NCBI GenBank assembly: GCA_951406725.2
Contig: OX597820.1
Span: 19,282,001 to 19,346,000 of the forward strand
Direction of reading: 5' to 3'
DNA from: Octopus vulgaris
Lineage: Eukaryota
DNA: 64,000 nucleotides
Notes under the pieces: generated by a model
What the model saw: the letters and a program-made list of their open reading frames with translations, nothing else
What the model was told of the DNA's origin: nothing
Databases searched by the model: none
Part shown: positions 13,126-26,100 of the stretch, piece by piece
Numbering within the stretch: position 1 is the first letter of the stretch
Layout: each line of letters starts with the position of its first letter
Position numbers and translations under genes: made by a program

Positions 13126-13412
13126 TCATCATCATCATCATCATCGTTTAGCGTCCGTTTTCCATGCTAGCATGGGTTGGACGGTTCTACTGGGGTCTGT
13201 GAAGCCAGAAGGCTTCATCAGGCCCAGTCAAATCTGGCAGTGTTTCTACGGCTGGATGCCCTTCCTAACGCCAACCACTCCGTGAGTGTAGTGGGTGCTT
13301 TTTACGTGCCACCCGCACTGGTGCCAGACAGAGCTGGCAAACGGCCACGAACGGATGGTGCTTTTTATGTGCCACCGGCACGAGGGCCAGGCGAGGCTGG
13401 CAACGGACACGA
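13126..13412 (-). mobile_element. Family C element
   Basis: (CAT)n tail plus internal GCCACCGGCAC repeats. Confidence 0.85.
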
Positions 13413-13850
13413 AACGGGGGTGTGTATATATATATATAAGCCAGTATGGAAGATGGATGTTAAGTGATGATGGTGATGAATTAAAAACAGACAAGCAAAG
13501 AAATATTTTGAGGTGTTTCACTCAAATTCCACAGCTACTCCCTCAATTCTCACCACATTTGCTATTGGAAATGCAATGACCCAGTGATTGTCTCATTGGA
13601 AACCTATAACCAACGATACCAGAAAATGGGGAAAAAAAGAAAAAAAATGTAAAAAAAAAAGCTAAATGTTTACAGTTAATCCATATTGAAAGCAATCATC
13701 AGTTCACAAATAAAGTTTTGCTCGAGTGTAACAAAATTCATCTCATTTATAAACATATTTCTCAATTCATCTCAAAACTTATCTGTATTATTTTTACATC
13801 TTATGCTTAAAAGTGTCTAAAGGACTCAGTATATTCATAGCAATGAAATC

Positions 13851-13912
<62 letters not shown>

Positions 13913-14057
13913 GATATTTGCAAAAACCAAATATATGACACCCTAGGCATAACACCAATATGAACTTCCAACCTGTTGTCTCTTGAGGTCTCTGGGTGAA
14001 ACTCGGAGCCAACTTGTACAAATACAAAGCAAAAGTCAAACATATAATAATAATAAT

Positions 14058-14475
14058 GAAAGGCAAAGTCGACCCTGGTGGCATTTGAACTCAGAATGTG
14101 AAGACATACAAAATACCGCTAAGTATTTCGTCCAGCATGCTAACAATTCTGCCAGCTTGCCACCTTAATAATAATGATGATGATGATGATGATGATGGTG
14201 ATGGTGATGGTGGTGATGATGATGATTATTATTATGATTATTATTATTGTTATTATTATTATGATGATGATGATGATGATGATGATAACAGTGGTTTCAA
14301 ATTTTGGTATAAGGCCAGCAATTTCAGTTCTCCACTGGAACTTATTTTATCGACCCCGGAAGGATGGAAGGCAAAGTCGACTATAGTGGAATTTGAACTC
14401 AAAACATAAAGACAGATGAAATACTGCCGAGTACTTTGCTCAGCATGCTAACAGTTCTGCCAGCTCACCACCTTC

Positions 14476-14546
<71 letters not shown>

Positions 14547-15040
14547 CCTTTCTACTATAGGCACAAGGCCTGAAATTTTGGTGGAGGGGATTAGTCAATA
14601 ACATTGACCCCAGTGCTCCACTGGTACTTATTTCATTGGTCCCAGCACTCAACTGGTACAAAAAAAAAAAGAAAGAAAGAAAAAAGCCAAAGTCAACCTC
14701 AGTGGAATTTGAACTCAGAACTTAAAGACAAATTAAACGCCATTAAGCATTTGTTTTCCAATGTGCTAAGGTTTCTGCCAGCTCTCAACCACTTACTACT
14801 ACTACTACTACTGATGAAGATGATGATGATGATGGTGGTGGTGGTGATTTCCAACATAAGCACTGGAGAAGACTGACAGTGAATTCCACTGACTCCGGTA
14901 CTTGACTGGATTTTATCAACCATGGAAGAATGAAAGGTGAAGTTGAGCTAACAAATTTTTGAACGCAAACTGCAAAAGGGGGTTTAAGCCAAAAACTACA
15001 CAAGCATTTTATTTGATGCCGTACCGATTCTGATCCACAG
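14058..15040 (-). mobile_element. Head-to-tail array of four SINE B copies separated by (AAT)n/(GAT)n tracts
   Basis: AAAGTCGAC...TTTGAACTCAGAA...CTGCCAGCT motif at ~14065, ~14372, ~14690, ~14940. Confidence 0.8.
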
Positions 15041-15589
15041 ATCTTGAACTTGTTTGACACGCATGGGTTGTTTTTCCGAAACAAGCACCGACGTTGAGAG
15101 ACTTGCAGTACAGCTTCGCTTTAAACCTTATCTTCGTTTACTTCCAGTCTTCGCAACCAATTTCTAAAGCCCGTTTGTTATAATCTGTTGACAAAGATAG
15201 TCTCAAATACCCTTGCCTCTCGTTTTCTACAGAAGAAAGTGTGTTTGATGTTTTTGACAAAACGTAGGGAAAACTCGTAATCAAAACCAACTTTAAATCA
15301 TACATTTTTCCCTCGTCTTTTTTTTTTTTCCCTCCTTCTTCCCCGCTTCGGAATCTTCTTCGGTGACCATACTCGGCTGATCCCTCTCTCTTTCTTTTCT
15401 CGTAGTGACTGAGTGAATACAAAATCATTTATAGTTTTGTGTGCGGAGTTAGTTGATTCTTCATAATTGCTGTCATTCCAGTATGAATCACCTCTCTGTC
15501 TCATTCGCATATTCAACGCTCACAATAGACTTGCCTCACCTACATATTATTATCTGTGTACGTGCCTGTATGTGTGTATATATGTGTGT

Positions 15590-15659
15590 ATACATACATA
15601 CATACATACATACATACATACATACATACATACATACATACATACATACATACATACAT

Positions 15660-15692
<33 letters not shown>

Positions 15693-15867
15693 TACATACA
15701 CACATACATACATACATACATACATCATACATACATACATATATTGTTTGTGAGCGTTATATTTGCCTCTCCTATATCTCTCCAACCGACAACTCAATTA
15801 CCTGCCTCGCACCTATGTATCTATCTATACACTATATCTATCTATCTATTTATTTATCTACCTATCA

Positions 15868-15920
<53 letters not shown>

Positions 15921-15921
15921 C

Positions 15922-15960
<39 letters not shown>

Positions 15961-16075
15961 GCTAGCTAGCTAGCTATCTATCTTGCTATCTATCTATCTA
16001 TCTAGCTAGCTAGCTATCTATCTTGCTATCTATCTATCTATCTAGCTAGCTAGCTATCTATCTTGCTATCTTACT
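15590..16075. repeat. Compound (TACA)n / (TATC)n / (TAGC)n microsatellite with a 40-bp higher-order unit
   Basis: Direct reading; GCTAGCTAGCTATCTATCTTGCTATC recurs three times at 40-bp spacing in 15960-16070. Confidence 0.9.
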
Positions 16076-16424
16076 ATCTCTATCATTACATGGTTTGACC
16101 TGCCGGTGTACGGCTTAGCTGATGTGTGTATTAAAGCCTTGCAAACAGCGTCAGTGTATTTTTTCGTAGTTCTGCGGAATACTGGCGCTATACACAGTAA
16201 GGTAATCCATTTATTGTGATGTCATTTCAGCCTGAGTCACTAATATTTTTCTCCAAATCTAATTTATAGTGTTTATTTAGAAGCATGCGAAAACGCTTTC
16301 TCTTTCTTCTTGCTCTGCTTATTATTACCACAACACCACCATAACGACTATTATTACCACTTCGACTCATTTCCCCACTGCTCCTTTTCATTGATTAGTA
16401 TATATATATATATATATATATATA

Positions 16425-16473
<49 letters not shown>

Positions 16474-16479
16474 TTTATC

Positions 16480-16664
16480 TCTCTTTTACTCGTTTCAGTC
16501 ATTTTGACTGCGGCCATGCTGGAGCACCGCCTTTAATCGAGCAACTCGACCCCGGGACTTATTCTTTTGTAAGCCCAGTATCGGATCTTTTGCCGAACCG
16601 CTAAGTAACGGGGACATAAACACACCAGCATCGGTTGCCAAGCAATGCTAGGGGGACAAACACA

Positions 16665-16746
<82 letters not shown>

Positions 16747-16812
16747 TACGACGGGCTTCTTTTTAGTTTCCGTCTACCAAATCCACTCACAAGGCATTGG
16801 TCGGCCCGGGGC

Positions 16813-16813
<1 letters not shown>
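16480..16813 (-). mobile_element. SINE A, 5' truncated, embedded in (TA)n
   Basis: Tail and body match family A; flanked by long (TA)n at 16398-16470 and 16813-17000. Confidence 0.85.
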
Positions 16814-16870
<57 letters not shown>

Positions 16871-16880
16871 TATATTCCCC

Positions 16881-16955
<75 letters not shown>

Positions 16956-16958
16956 ATT

Positions 16959-17008
<50 letters not shown>

Positions 17009-17418
17009 TAATGTGTGTGTGCTTGCTTGTTTTGTGAATGTAACTTTTTGATTTTAAAGATGTCTTAGTAACTATTACTACTAACAAAATATGTTTTGTG
17101 TGATATTTAAGAAGTGATCGTTGTAAATTTTTGATGCTATTTCTATGGCGATTTATCTATCTATCTATTTATTTATTTATTTATTTCATTTATTTATTCA
17201 TGTAGCGGGGGTTTTTTTGCAGGTGGGGGGGTGGGGTGGGGGGAGTCGGGCCAGCCGGGGGCCCGATTGTCTTCAGGGTAGGGACGGGTAAGTGAAACGA
17301 TAAAAAAAAAAAAAAGTTGGATCTCTACTTTATACAGTTGTTTACAACAGATCATTAGTTATGAGAAGTATTCGTTGTTTATTCACTTTAGCATTTTAAG
17401 TGGCAGAGAAAGAGAGAG

Positions 17419-17449
<31 letters not shown>

Positions 17450-18213
17450 ATCTAGTGCTTGTCTAGTGTTGATGGGCGTTGCTTCTTCTTTTTCTCTTTC
17501 TTTCTTTCCTACACATTTAGTACACAAACTGCCACTATGCAACTTATAAGAGAGTTTCTCTAGCTTGGGCCGCGGCTATAAACTATTTGGTTGCTTAAAG
17601 TAGGTTACTGGTAACAATATCTGATTAAGCTGCCCAAAACAGTCCTCCCACTTTACAGGAAGTAACCAAACTAACTTGATACTGTTTATCTTTTGATGAA
17701 GCTAACGAAGGTCATTGTTTTCCTTGTTCGTTTTTGTTGTTGCTGTCATTGGTCATAATTAGTGACAATAGATAATTCATTTTCTGAATTTCCCTTAATA
17801 AGATTTGCTTTACATCTCTCTCTTTTCTCTCGTTTTTACTTCCTGAAATTTCTTTCATGTTTCAACTATCTTTAAGTCTCCTTTCAGTTCTATTATCAAA
17901 CTACACCTTTTATCAGTTTTAATTTTCTTTTCTTAATCGCTTGAATAGAAGAAACCAAAGTCCTAGCAAATAAAACTTCGCAACCAGTTATGCTTTCTCG
18001 TTTTCTTCTTACCATTTCACTCGACTAACAAACGACTCACACTTTTCCTTAGTCTCACATATTTTCCCTTAAAAGAACGAAAGCTTTTTGCTGACTTGGC
18101 AAGTGGCAACCGATCGCCTATATTTACCCTCTTCTCTAAGTTTATTATAACAAGACATAGCTTGTTCTGTCTGAATGAAAACTATTTTAAGTCTCTCCCA
18201 ACACCACCATGAA

Positions 18214-18582
18214 GGAGGCGCAATGGCCCAGTGGTTAGGGCAGCGGACTCGTGGTCGGAGGATCGCGGTTTCGATTCCCACACCGGGCGTTGTGTGTGTT
18301 TATTGTGCGAAAACACCTAAAGCTCCACGAGGCTCCGGCAGGGGGTGGTGGCGACCCCTGTTGTACTCTTTTGCTCCAACTTTCTCTCACTCTTTCTTCC
18401 TCTTTCTTGTCCCCGACTTCCTACGCAACCGCTGAGCCTGGATGTGCATTCATCCATCCGTCGATGCTCTCGGTGTCGGGGGTGACCTGCTATCTCTTCT
18501 GCGGGTCTTACGAATAGCAAAGGACCACGTTTCGGCGCGATTATGCGAGCTCTGGGACGAAGACAGCTTCGCTCAACAAACA
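18214..18582 (+). mobile_element. SINE family D, full length, structured tail type 1
   Basis: tRNA-like head GGAGGCGCAATGGCCCAGTGGTTAGGGCAGCGGACTCG...GTTTCGATTCC; (CAAA)n end; TSD AACACCACCAT on both sides. Confidence 0.9.
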
Positions 18583-19003
18583 AACACCACCATCAATGTT
18601 AGTCTTTTTTTAGTCTGGCATTACGAACCTAAGAACTTCACAGCTATGATATAGTGCCTGTGTGTGTTTCCTCAAAACCTCTCTAAAGGATTTCCTAAGG
18701 GCTGAGTTTAACTTTCATTTCATGTTATTAAGCAGATGAGAGATATATCTCTCCTTGAATGGGGAATCATTCTGTTACTGTTCAAATCTCCAGAAGTCTC
18801 GTTACCTACTGTGGACAGCTGTGAAAGTTCCAAACATCTCATATTGTGAAGCACAAAACCAAAGAGGAGATCTGTGGACACTTTCTCATCATCTCTAATA
18901 TTGTTTCTCAACGTAGTCTTTGTTGACCACTGGCCACTGCTATCGGGCTGAACAACAAGGTTTTTCAAGTGTTATTATTTTGGACACTTCTGTACCTTAG
19001 AGC

Positions 19004-19170
19004 AGTGCTTCTCAAACTGTCTGATGTGGCGAACCGGCAACCCCCCCCCCCAATGTACCAGGGACGGGTGATATTTCTTTGTAATATCAATTTATACTGG
19101 AAACAATATATATAATGAATATAATAAAAGTAGACAATTTTTTAAAATCTTGTATTTATTTTGTAAACAA
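19004..19170. mobile_element. Probable hAT (Charlie-like) terminal fragment
   Basis: Starts CAGTGCTTCTCAAACT, typical of Charlie-type TIRs; no partner end found. Confidence 0.4.
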
Positions 19171-19173
19171 ATA

Positions 19174-19500
19174 GACACAGGAGTGGCTGTATGGTAAGTA
19201 ACTTGCTTACCAACCACATGGTTCCAGGTTCAATCCCACTGCGTGGCACCTTGGGCAAGTGTCTTCCACTATAGCCTCAGGCCGACCAAAGCCTTGTGAA
19301 TAGATTTGATAGATGGAAACGGAAAGAAGCCCGATGTATATATATATATATATATATATGTATTTGTGTGTCTGTGTTTGTTCCCCCACCATCACTTGAC
19401 AACTGATATTGGTGTGTCTACATCCCCATAACTTAGCGGTTCAGTTTAAGAGACTGATAGAATAAGAACTAGGCTTACAAAGGGTCGATTTGTTCAACTA
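19174..19500 (+). mobile_element. SINE A, 3' truncated
   Basis: Head, core and most of the body match family A. Confidence 0.85.
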
Positions 19501-19527
19501 TTTGCTCAAATGTTAACATTTCTCTGA

Positions 19528-19812
19528 ATCATTATCATCATTTGGTCGAGCTTGTTTGGTCATTTTTAACCCATCCATGTTTTCCATCCCAGTCCCGCAT
19601 TGAGGGAGGTCTTCTGGGAGGCACTCAGTGTCTCTGTTGAGTTGATCTACATATGCTGTGTTTGGATGATCTGCTCGAGTACGGCCATGCTTTGGTATCC
19701 CTAGCAGTTGGTCACTTGCCACCTCTTGTTTAACTTACCAGCAATGTCCGGCATAGCAGAAGCACCTTTCTCTTATGATAGTGGTGTTAGATTTTCCTTG
19801 GACATGGCATGA
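19528..19812 (-). pseudogene. RTE-clade LINE ORF C-terminal remnant
   Basis: Translates to IIRERCFCYAGHCW...VASDQLLGIPKHGRTRADHPNTAYVDQLNRDTECLPEDLP, matching the RTE C-terminal pattern R.RFAGHC.R...LLW.P.HG...GRP..TY.DQL..DT. Confidence 0.8.
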
Positions 19813-20067
19813 AAAATCACCAATGTCTCAAAGGAGTGAGTGTCGTGGAGTTTAGTTACATCCAAGAAACACTGAAGTTTTTCCCAAAATTCAGGGTTTT
19901 TATAACTGCTCAACTTGACTTAAAAGAATCGAAATTACATACAAATATTCTTTAAGTAACTCTTAGAATTCCTATATGAGCAGTTATATTAACCAATGGA
20001 AAAACGACAATCAAATTTCTTCGGCAATATGACATTACGTCATATTGCCAGCTACCACAAATTGGCA

Positions 20068-20831
20068 CACTTATTTAAAAACGGCTACTTGCTACAGTGG
20101 AAACAGGCAGAAGGTCTCCTTACAGCTGTTTCTTGGTGGGATGAGTTCTCCAAGATACGTTTAAGACTACTTTTAAAATTTGGGTGTTAAGCTTGGATTC
20201 CAATTTTTTTTTTTTGCTAAGTGTGTCCAGCCTGTTATCCTGTTTCTCCAACTACTCACAGCTTATGTGAGAATATCGGCTATTCTCACAGCTTCTCTGA
20301 TCTAGATGCCAGGGCACTTATTTAAAAACGGCTACTTGCTACAGTGGAAACAGGCAGAAGATCTCCCATACAGCTGTTTCTTGGTGGGATGAGTTCTCCG
20401 AGATTTGTTTAAGACTGCTTTTAAAATTCGGGTGTTAAGCTTGGATTCCAGTTTTTTTTTTTTTTTTTTTTTTTTGCTAAGTGTGTCCAGCCTGTTATCC
20501 TGTTTCTCCGACTACCTACAGCTATGTGAGAATATTGGCTATTCTCACAGCTTCTCTGATCTAGATGCCAGGGCACTTATTTAAAAACGGCTACGTGCTA
20601 CAGTGGAAACAGGCAGAAGATCTCCCTACAGCTGTTTCTTGGTGGGATGAGTTCTCCAAGATACGTTTAAGACTGCTTTTAAAATTCGGGTGTTAAGCTT
20701 GGATTCCAGTTTTTTTTTTTTTTTTTTTTTTTGCTAAGTGTGTCCAGCCTGTTATCCCGTTTCTCCGACGACCCACAGCTGTGTATGAAAATATCGGCTA
20801 TTCTCACAGCTTCTTGCTGATCTAGATGCCA
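20068..20831 (-). repeat. Three tandem ~250-260-bp units derived from an RTE coding fragment
   Basis: Units start at 20068, 20315 and 20574; the minus strand translates LESKLNTRILKAVLN(V/K)S(W/R)RTHPTKKQL, similar to the RTE remnant at 57660. Confidence 0.85.
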
Positions 20832-23337
20832 AGAGTAGAGCTTGATCTCCCTATGTGACAGCCAACGGCATTATTCGTCCATCCAATATTCCACACAAAT
20901 CTCTCCCCCCCCCCCCCCGTATCTGGTGAAGCTAGTTCACTTGTATAGGCTGGCTCTGATGTAAAGAAAAGAAATCTTGTTTTGGTATATTGATTTTTGC
21001 CAGCACTGATTTCCTATGCAATAATAATAATGTTGAATGTTGTTTGCGTATCCACAGATATTCTGATGTTTTAAAATAATGGTCTGTCTTGTAAATGTCG
21101 ACTTGATTCTGGTCTCTTGGAACACAAACGTATGATCAGTCATACCATTCTTTCCTAATATCGATGTGGTATATATAATGTTATACTCACCTCCCTCGGC
21201 TCCCTCCCCGTCCTCACCATACTCGTTTGATTTTATATTTCCCCATTTAGTTTCTTCCTGACGTCGAAAATCGTGGTATGACAGCACGTTATACAGTTTT
21301 CTTCCAATAAACCACATGATAAGCTGTTATACTTGAAATCTAGTAAATCGTCACCTAGCAATTATATTTTAAAATGGACAACACTGAATCTTTTGTGTAT
21401 TGAATAATAATAATGATGATAATAATAATAATGATAATAATAATAAAAAAGAAAGAGAAAGAAAAAGAAGAGCAAGTAGCAGGATTTCCAATAAAAACCT
21501 CCTACAAACACCTCTCTTTTGAAACTCAATCAAACATTTTGAACATTACTTTCTCTCTCCGTAAGATCAGAACACAAGCAACTTTTGTCTGTAATTATAC
21601 CAGTTTTTAATTTTTCATTTGTATTTATATTGCAGCTAAAATACATGGACACACACAACACAATGATGGCCATACACATAGACACACAATACAGCCATAT
21701 ACACAAAGACAACACATAGACACATATACACATATATATATATATATACACGCAATACAAGCGCAAGTATGCATGTATATGTTCACATACAAGAACAGCT
21801 TACATGCATACATAGAGATACAGTATGCATTCATGCACACGAACAGCATACACGTATACATATAGAACTATAGGCATACACATACACGTACACACGCAAA
21901 CACAATTCAGAGAGAAAAGAGATTATGCTTCTTGTTTGTTTTGTTTGTGTTGCTTTCACTTGTCTCTTTGCTTCAACCGAGTCTTGCTGTTCTCTTTTGA
22001 ATGGTAAATCTGTTAGGTCCGCTGCCTTTCAGCATTCTCAGTATACAATTCGATAATGCCACTGCCATTCTACATACAGCTTTAGTAATTATAAACCCAG
22101 CATATCCGTCTGTTTTGTCGTTGCTGTGCCATTACAATAACAAAAGCAGAATGGGCCCAACTGCTTGTTATTAACTATATTATTGAGCTGTGACACCTCT
22201 GACCTCATCTATCAATCTGGTGAAGGAAAGCTATTCAACCCGACTGTCAATCGATCTGAGATCAGCTCTGACGCTGCCTCTTTTCCAGAATGCAAGCAAG
22301 TTTTACAGCAGTGGAAGTTCACACTGCAGAAAATAAATGCTGCTGCATCAGTGATGAAGACAATAACAACAACAACAGCAGCAACAACAACAACATCAAC
22401 AACGACAAGAACAGCACAACTACTCACTAACAAAGAGAGCGAAATCTCCAATGTATCTTGTGTGTGTCGGTGACGATGGTGGCGGGGGGGAGCTTATTGT
22501 TGTTGCTTGTCAACCCTTTATGTCAGTTGAAAGTACAATATTATCAATAAAATGCGTTCTCCAGATATGACTTAACACTTAGTGTCTGTTAAATTTGATT
22601 TCTGCAAAGCTTTCGCTCTCTTTGTTACTCTTTTGAAATTAACTCGAAAAATATAATGGTGTTCTTTATGTTGTGTGTTGTTTTTCCATAATCACAACAG
22701 AACAGTAAATCTTTCATTGTATTCACTGGCATATTGAATATAAATGTCATTCCACTATCAGTAATATGGAGTATGCTGTCTTTACAAAAGACTAGAAAAA
22801 ATGGTTTACCATTAGTTTACTATTGATTAATATATTGATTAAAACAAATAATTTCCCACTAGAATTATGATATAATTTATAATTTTATTGAAAAGAAACA
22901 GGAACTGTTTCTCTGTTTCTACGTTGCTTTCTCAATTCAAACTACTTCTATAAATTTCCCCTCCTTAATGCCTAACTACTGCCACTGCTATTTTCCTCAT
23001 GTCCTCCCTGAATCAACCACTGCAGGTGTCCCAACCACCATCCATACCATATCCACTCCCTGTTTGCTGGGAAGTTTTGCTGCCTCTGGTCGTATCCATA
23101 AGGCTTCGCATTTGAAATAATTCTTAAGCTTCTCGCTTCCATTATCGTTGTCAGAATGCCTGTTTCTCTATTGTTTGGCGAGTTTCTGATTCCATGCATA
23201 GAGTAGCTGATTTCTCAAAGGTTTTCGGTTCAAGTCCACTGCAGATATTTTGTTGTGGCCTTGGACTGTGCACTAATTAATTCCACATGCTGTTCTTTTG
23301 AATGGAAATAGCAGATATTAGATTATCTGGGATTATA

Positions 23338-23935
23338 GGTGCAGGTATGGCTGTGGGATTAAGAAGTTTGTTTCCCAACGACATAGTTCCAGGTTCAGTC
23401 CCACTGCCATGGACAAGTGGGACTGAAGTCGACCCCAGCGGAACTTGAACTCAGAACATGAAGACATATGAAATACTGCTAAGCATTTTGCCTGGCAGCT
23501 AACGATTCCGCCAGCTTGCCACCTTATTGACTGGAAATATGGGTTTCAAATTTTGGCACAAGGCCAAGAATTTTGGGGGATGGGGTGTTAGTTGACTACA
23601 TTGACCCCAGTGTTCAACTGGTACTTAATTTATTGACCCCCCCAAAAGAATGTAAGGCAAAGTCAGCCTCGGTGGAAATTTAAACCCAAAACATGCAGAT
23701 TGACAAAATGCTGCTAAGCGTTTTGCCCGGTGTGCTAATGATTCTGCCAGCTCACCGTCTTATTGGCTGGAAATATTACATTTAAAACTAAGGCAGCAAG
23801 CTGGTAGAACTGTTACAATGCCGGACAAAATCCTTATTAACATTTCCTCTGCCTTTACAATCTGAGTTCAAATACCACCTTGGTTAACTTTGCCTTTCTT
23901 CCTTTCACATTCAATAAAATAAGTACTTGAGTAAG
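23338..23935. mobile_element. SINE A head fragment plus three SINE B copies (two minus, one plus)
   Basis: B motifs at 23428-23526(-), 23543-23762(-), 23790-23930(+). Confidence 0.8.
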
Positions 23936-23944
23936 TACCTTATA

Positions 23945-24258
23945 CTATAGCACCAGGCTGACCAACGCCTTGTGAGTGGATTTCGTTGACTGAAACTGAA
24001 AGAAGTCCATTGTGTGTCTGTGTCCACGCTCACCCTTTGTGTATGTGTTGTTCCTCACCCACATTGCTTGGCAACCAGTGTTGGTGTGTTTACGTCCCCG
24101 TAATTTAACAGTTCGGCAAAATGAGACCAATAGAATAAGTATCAGGCTTTACCAAAGAAATAATAAATACTGGGGTTGATTCATATGACTAAAATGCTTC
24201 AGGGCAGTGTCCTAGCATGGCTGCAATCCAATGACTGAAACAAGCAAAAGATAAAAGA
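23945..24258 (+). mobile_element. Older SINE A variant, 5' truncated
   Basis: Body and tail similar to family A with more divergence. Confidence 0.75.
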
Positions 24259-24267
24259 TTATTTTCC

Positions 24268-24668
24268 AGGCGTAGCAGTGGCTGTGTGGTAAGTAGCTTG
24301 CTTACGAACCACATTTTCCAGGTTCAGTCCCACTGCATGGTACCTTGCAGTGTCTCCTACTATAGCCTTGGGCCGACCAAAGCCTTGCGAATGGATTTGG
24401 TAGACAGAAACTGAAAGAAGCCCGTTGTATATATGTATATATTCATGTGTGTATGTTTGTGTGTCTGTGTTTGTCCCCCCAGCATTGCTTGACAACCGAT
24501 GCTGGTGTGTTTACGTCCCCATTACTTAGCGGTTCAGAAAAAGAGACCAATAGAATAAATACTAGGCTTACAAAGAATAAATCCTGGGGTCGATTTGCTC
24601 GACTAAAGGCAGTGCTCTAACATGGCCACAGTCAAATGACTGAAACAAATAAAACAGTAAAAGAGTAA
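24268..24668 (+). mobile_element. SINE A, full length
   Basis: Head, core and tail are all present. Confidence 0.9.
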
Positions 24669-25189
24669 AGCAGTGTATATCAATAAAAATACGATAAAGG
24701 AAAGGTTAATTTTTATGCTCTGAAAACTGAGCAAAACACAAGTTTTAAACAGCCCCTAAAGACATAAAACATACTTTTAATAGTTCCTTTTCTTTAGTAC
24801 CAGTTCTGTATCAATATCATTTGTATCGGTCATATTTTTAATGCTTGGCCAGTGTTTAGGTTTTTAGAATTACTAGTACCAATAAAAAGTGTTTCACTCC
24901 AACACAATATTAGCCAATATGTAAATGGCTTTAGAATGACAAATTTCATTTCTTGGTAAGCACTGAATTTATATCTCGTCCATGTCATCTTGTTATTGTT
25001 TTTGTATAGAATTTGATATGGCTAGAAGGAATTTTGGTGTTTGGAATAAATATTTGCGACAAGTAGTTTAAGCAGATAAATGTTTTGATTCTGTGGCTAT
25101 TATACTATGAAGTTTATAAACATGAAAGAAATTGAAAAGTCTGCGGTACTTTTCACCAAATAACAAAATAGTTTTCAATGTAAAATTGA

Positions 25190-25625
25190 TTTCAAATTTT
25201 GGCACAAGGTCAGGAATTCGGAGGAAGGAGCTAAATCAATTAGATTAACCCCAGTGCTCAACTAACACTTATTTTATAGAAGCTGAAAAGATGAAAGACA
25301 GTGTCGACCATGGTGGCATTTGAACTCACGATGTAAAGGCAAAAGAAATGCTGCTAAGAATTTTGTCTGCTGCAGTACCAATTCTGTCAGTTTGCTGCCT
25401 TAGTTTTAAAAGTAATATTTCCAGTTGGTGAGGTGGCAAGCTAGCAGAATTGTTAGCATGTCGAGTGAAATGCTTAGCAGCATTTCATCTGTCATTATGT
25501 TCTGAGTTCAAATTCCACCAGGGTCGACTTTGCCTTTCAGGGTCAATGAAATAAATACTAGTTGAATACTGGGGTTGATGTAATTGATTTGCCCCTTCCT
25601 CCAAAATTGCTGGCCTTATGCTAAT
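25190..25625. mobile_element. Two divergently oriented SINE B copies
   Basis: 25190-25402(-) and 25430-25625(+). Confidence 0.75.
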
Positions 25626-25825
25626 TATAAAAGAAGTGAAATGAAATCAGTGTGTGTGTTCGTTATTGGCAGAATGACCCTCCCATGATACAACAAAAGC
25701 CAAGTTCGACAAATCGCATAACCCATAGGCTCTTAATGGCATCATTGAAGACATATCATTCCTAGAATCCATATCTCTTCAAACTGTTACACCCGATGCC
25801 AGTTTAATAAAACATCACTTAAGGA

Positions 25826-26089
25826 TACATTATTTACATTATTTACATTTAATGGATGTTTGTCCTCATCTTTTTTGTTGTTAACACAAACTGATATACC
25901 CTCCAGCCTTCATCAGGTGTCTTGGGGAAATTTCGAACCTGGGTTCTCATTCCTAAGGTATTTTTCAATGTTATCATTATTATCATCATCATCATCATCA
26001 TCATCATCGTTATTCAGGTTATTGCTTGGAATCGAACTTGGAATCTTGGGATTAGTAGCCCGTGCTCTTAACCACTACGCCATATGCCC
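25826..26089 (-). mobile_element. tRNA-headed SINE with a Penelope-like tail
   Basis: Minus strand: GGGCATATGGCGTAGTGGTTAAGAGC (A box) ...AGTTCGATTCC (B box), (GAT)n spacer, CCTGATGAAGGCTGGAGGGTATATCAG, end (AATGTAAAT)n. Confidence 0.75.
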
Positions 26090-26100
26090 GTCAAATGTAA

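Noticed and set aside
13850-13912. (AAT)n directly followed by (ATT)n forming a hairpin
   Set aside because: Simple juxtaposition of complementary trinucleotide microsatellites.
18214-18290. tRNA-like sequences (also at 26020-26089, 50654, 52461 and the SINE A heads)
   Set aside because: They have A and B boxes but no proper acceptor stem, and they run directly into SINE bodies; these are SINE heads, not tRNA genes.
18720-18968. 82-aa minus-strand ORF in unique sequence
   Set aside because: Non-ATG start, no recognisable homology and no clear splice sites.
20068-20831. Retrozyme or miRNA-cluster interpretation of the ~255-bp tandem repeat
   Set aside because: No CTGANGA...GAAA core on either strand, the hairpin stem is only about 10 bp, and the unit translates as an RTE fragment.
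22972-23199. 75-aa minus-strand ORF with a Trp-rich stretch
   Set aside because: No recognisable family and no supporting splice signals.
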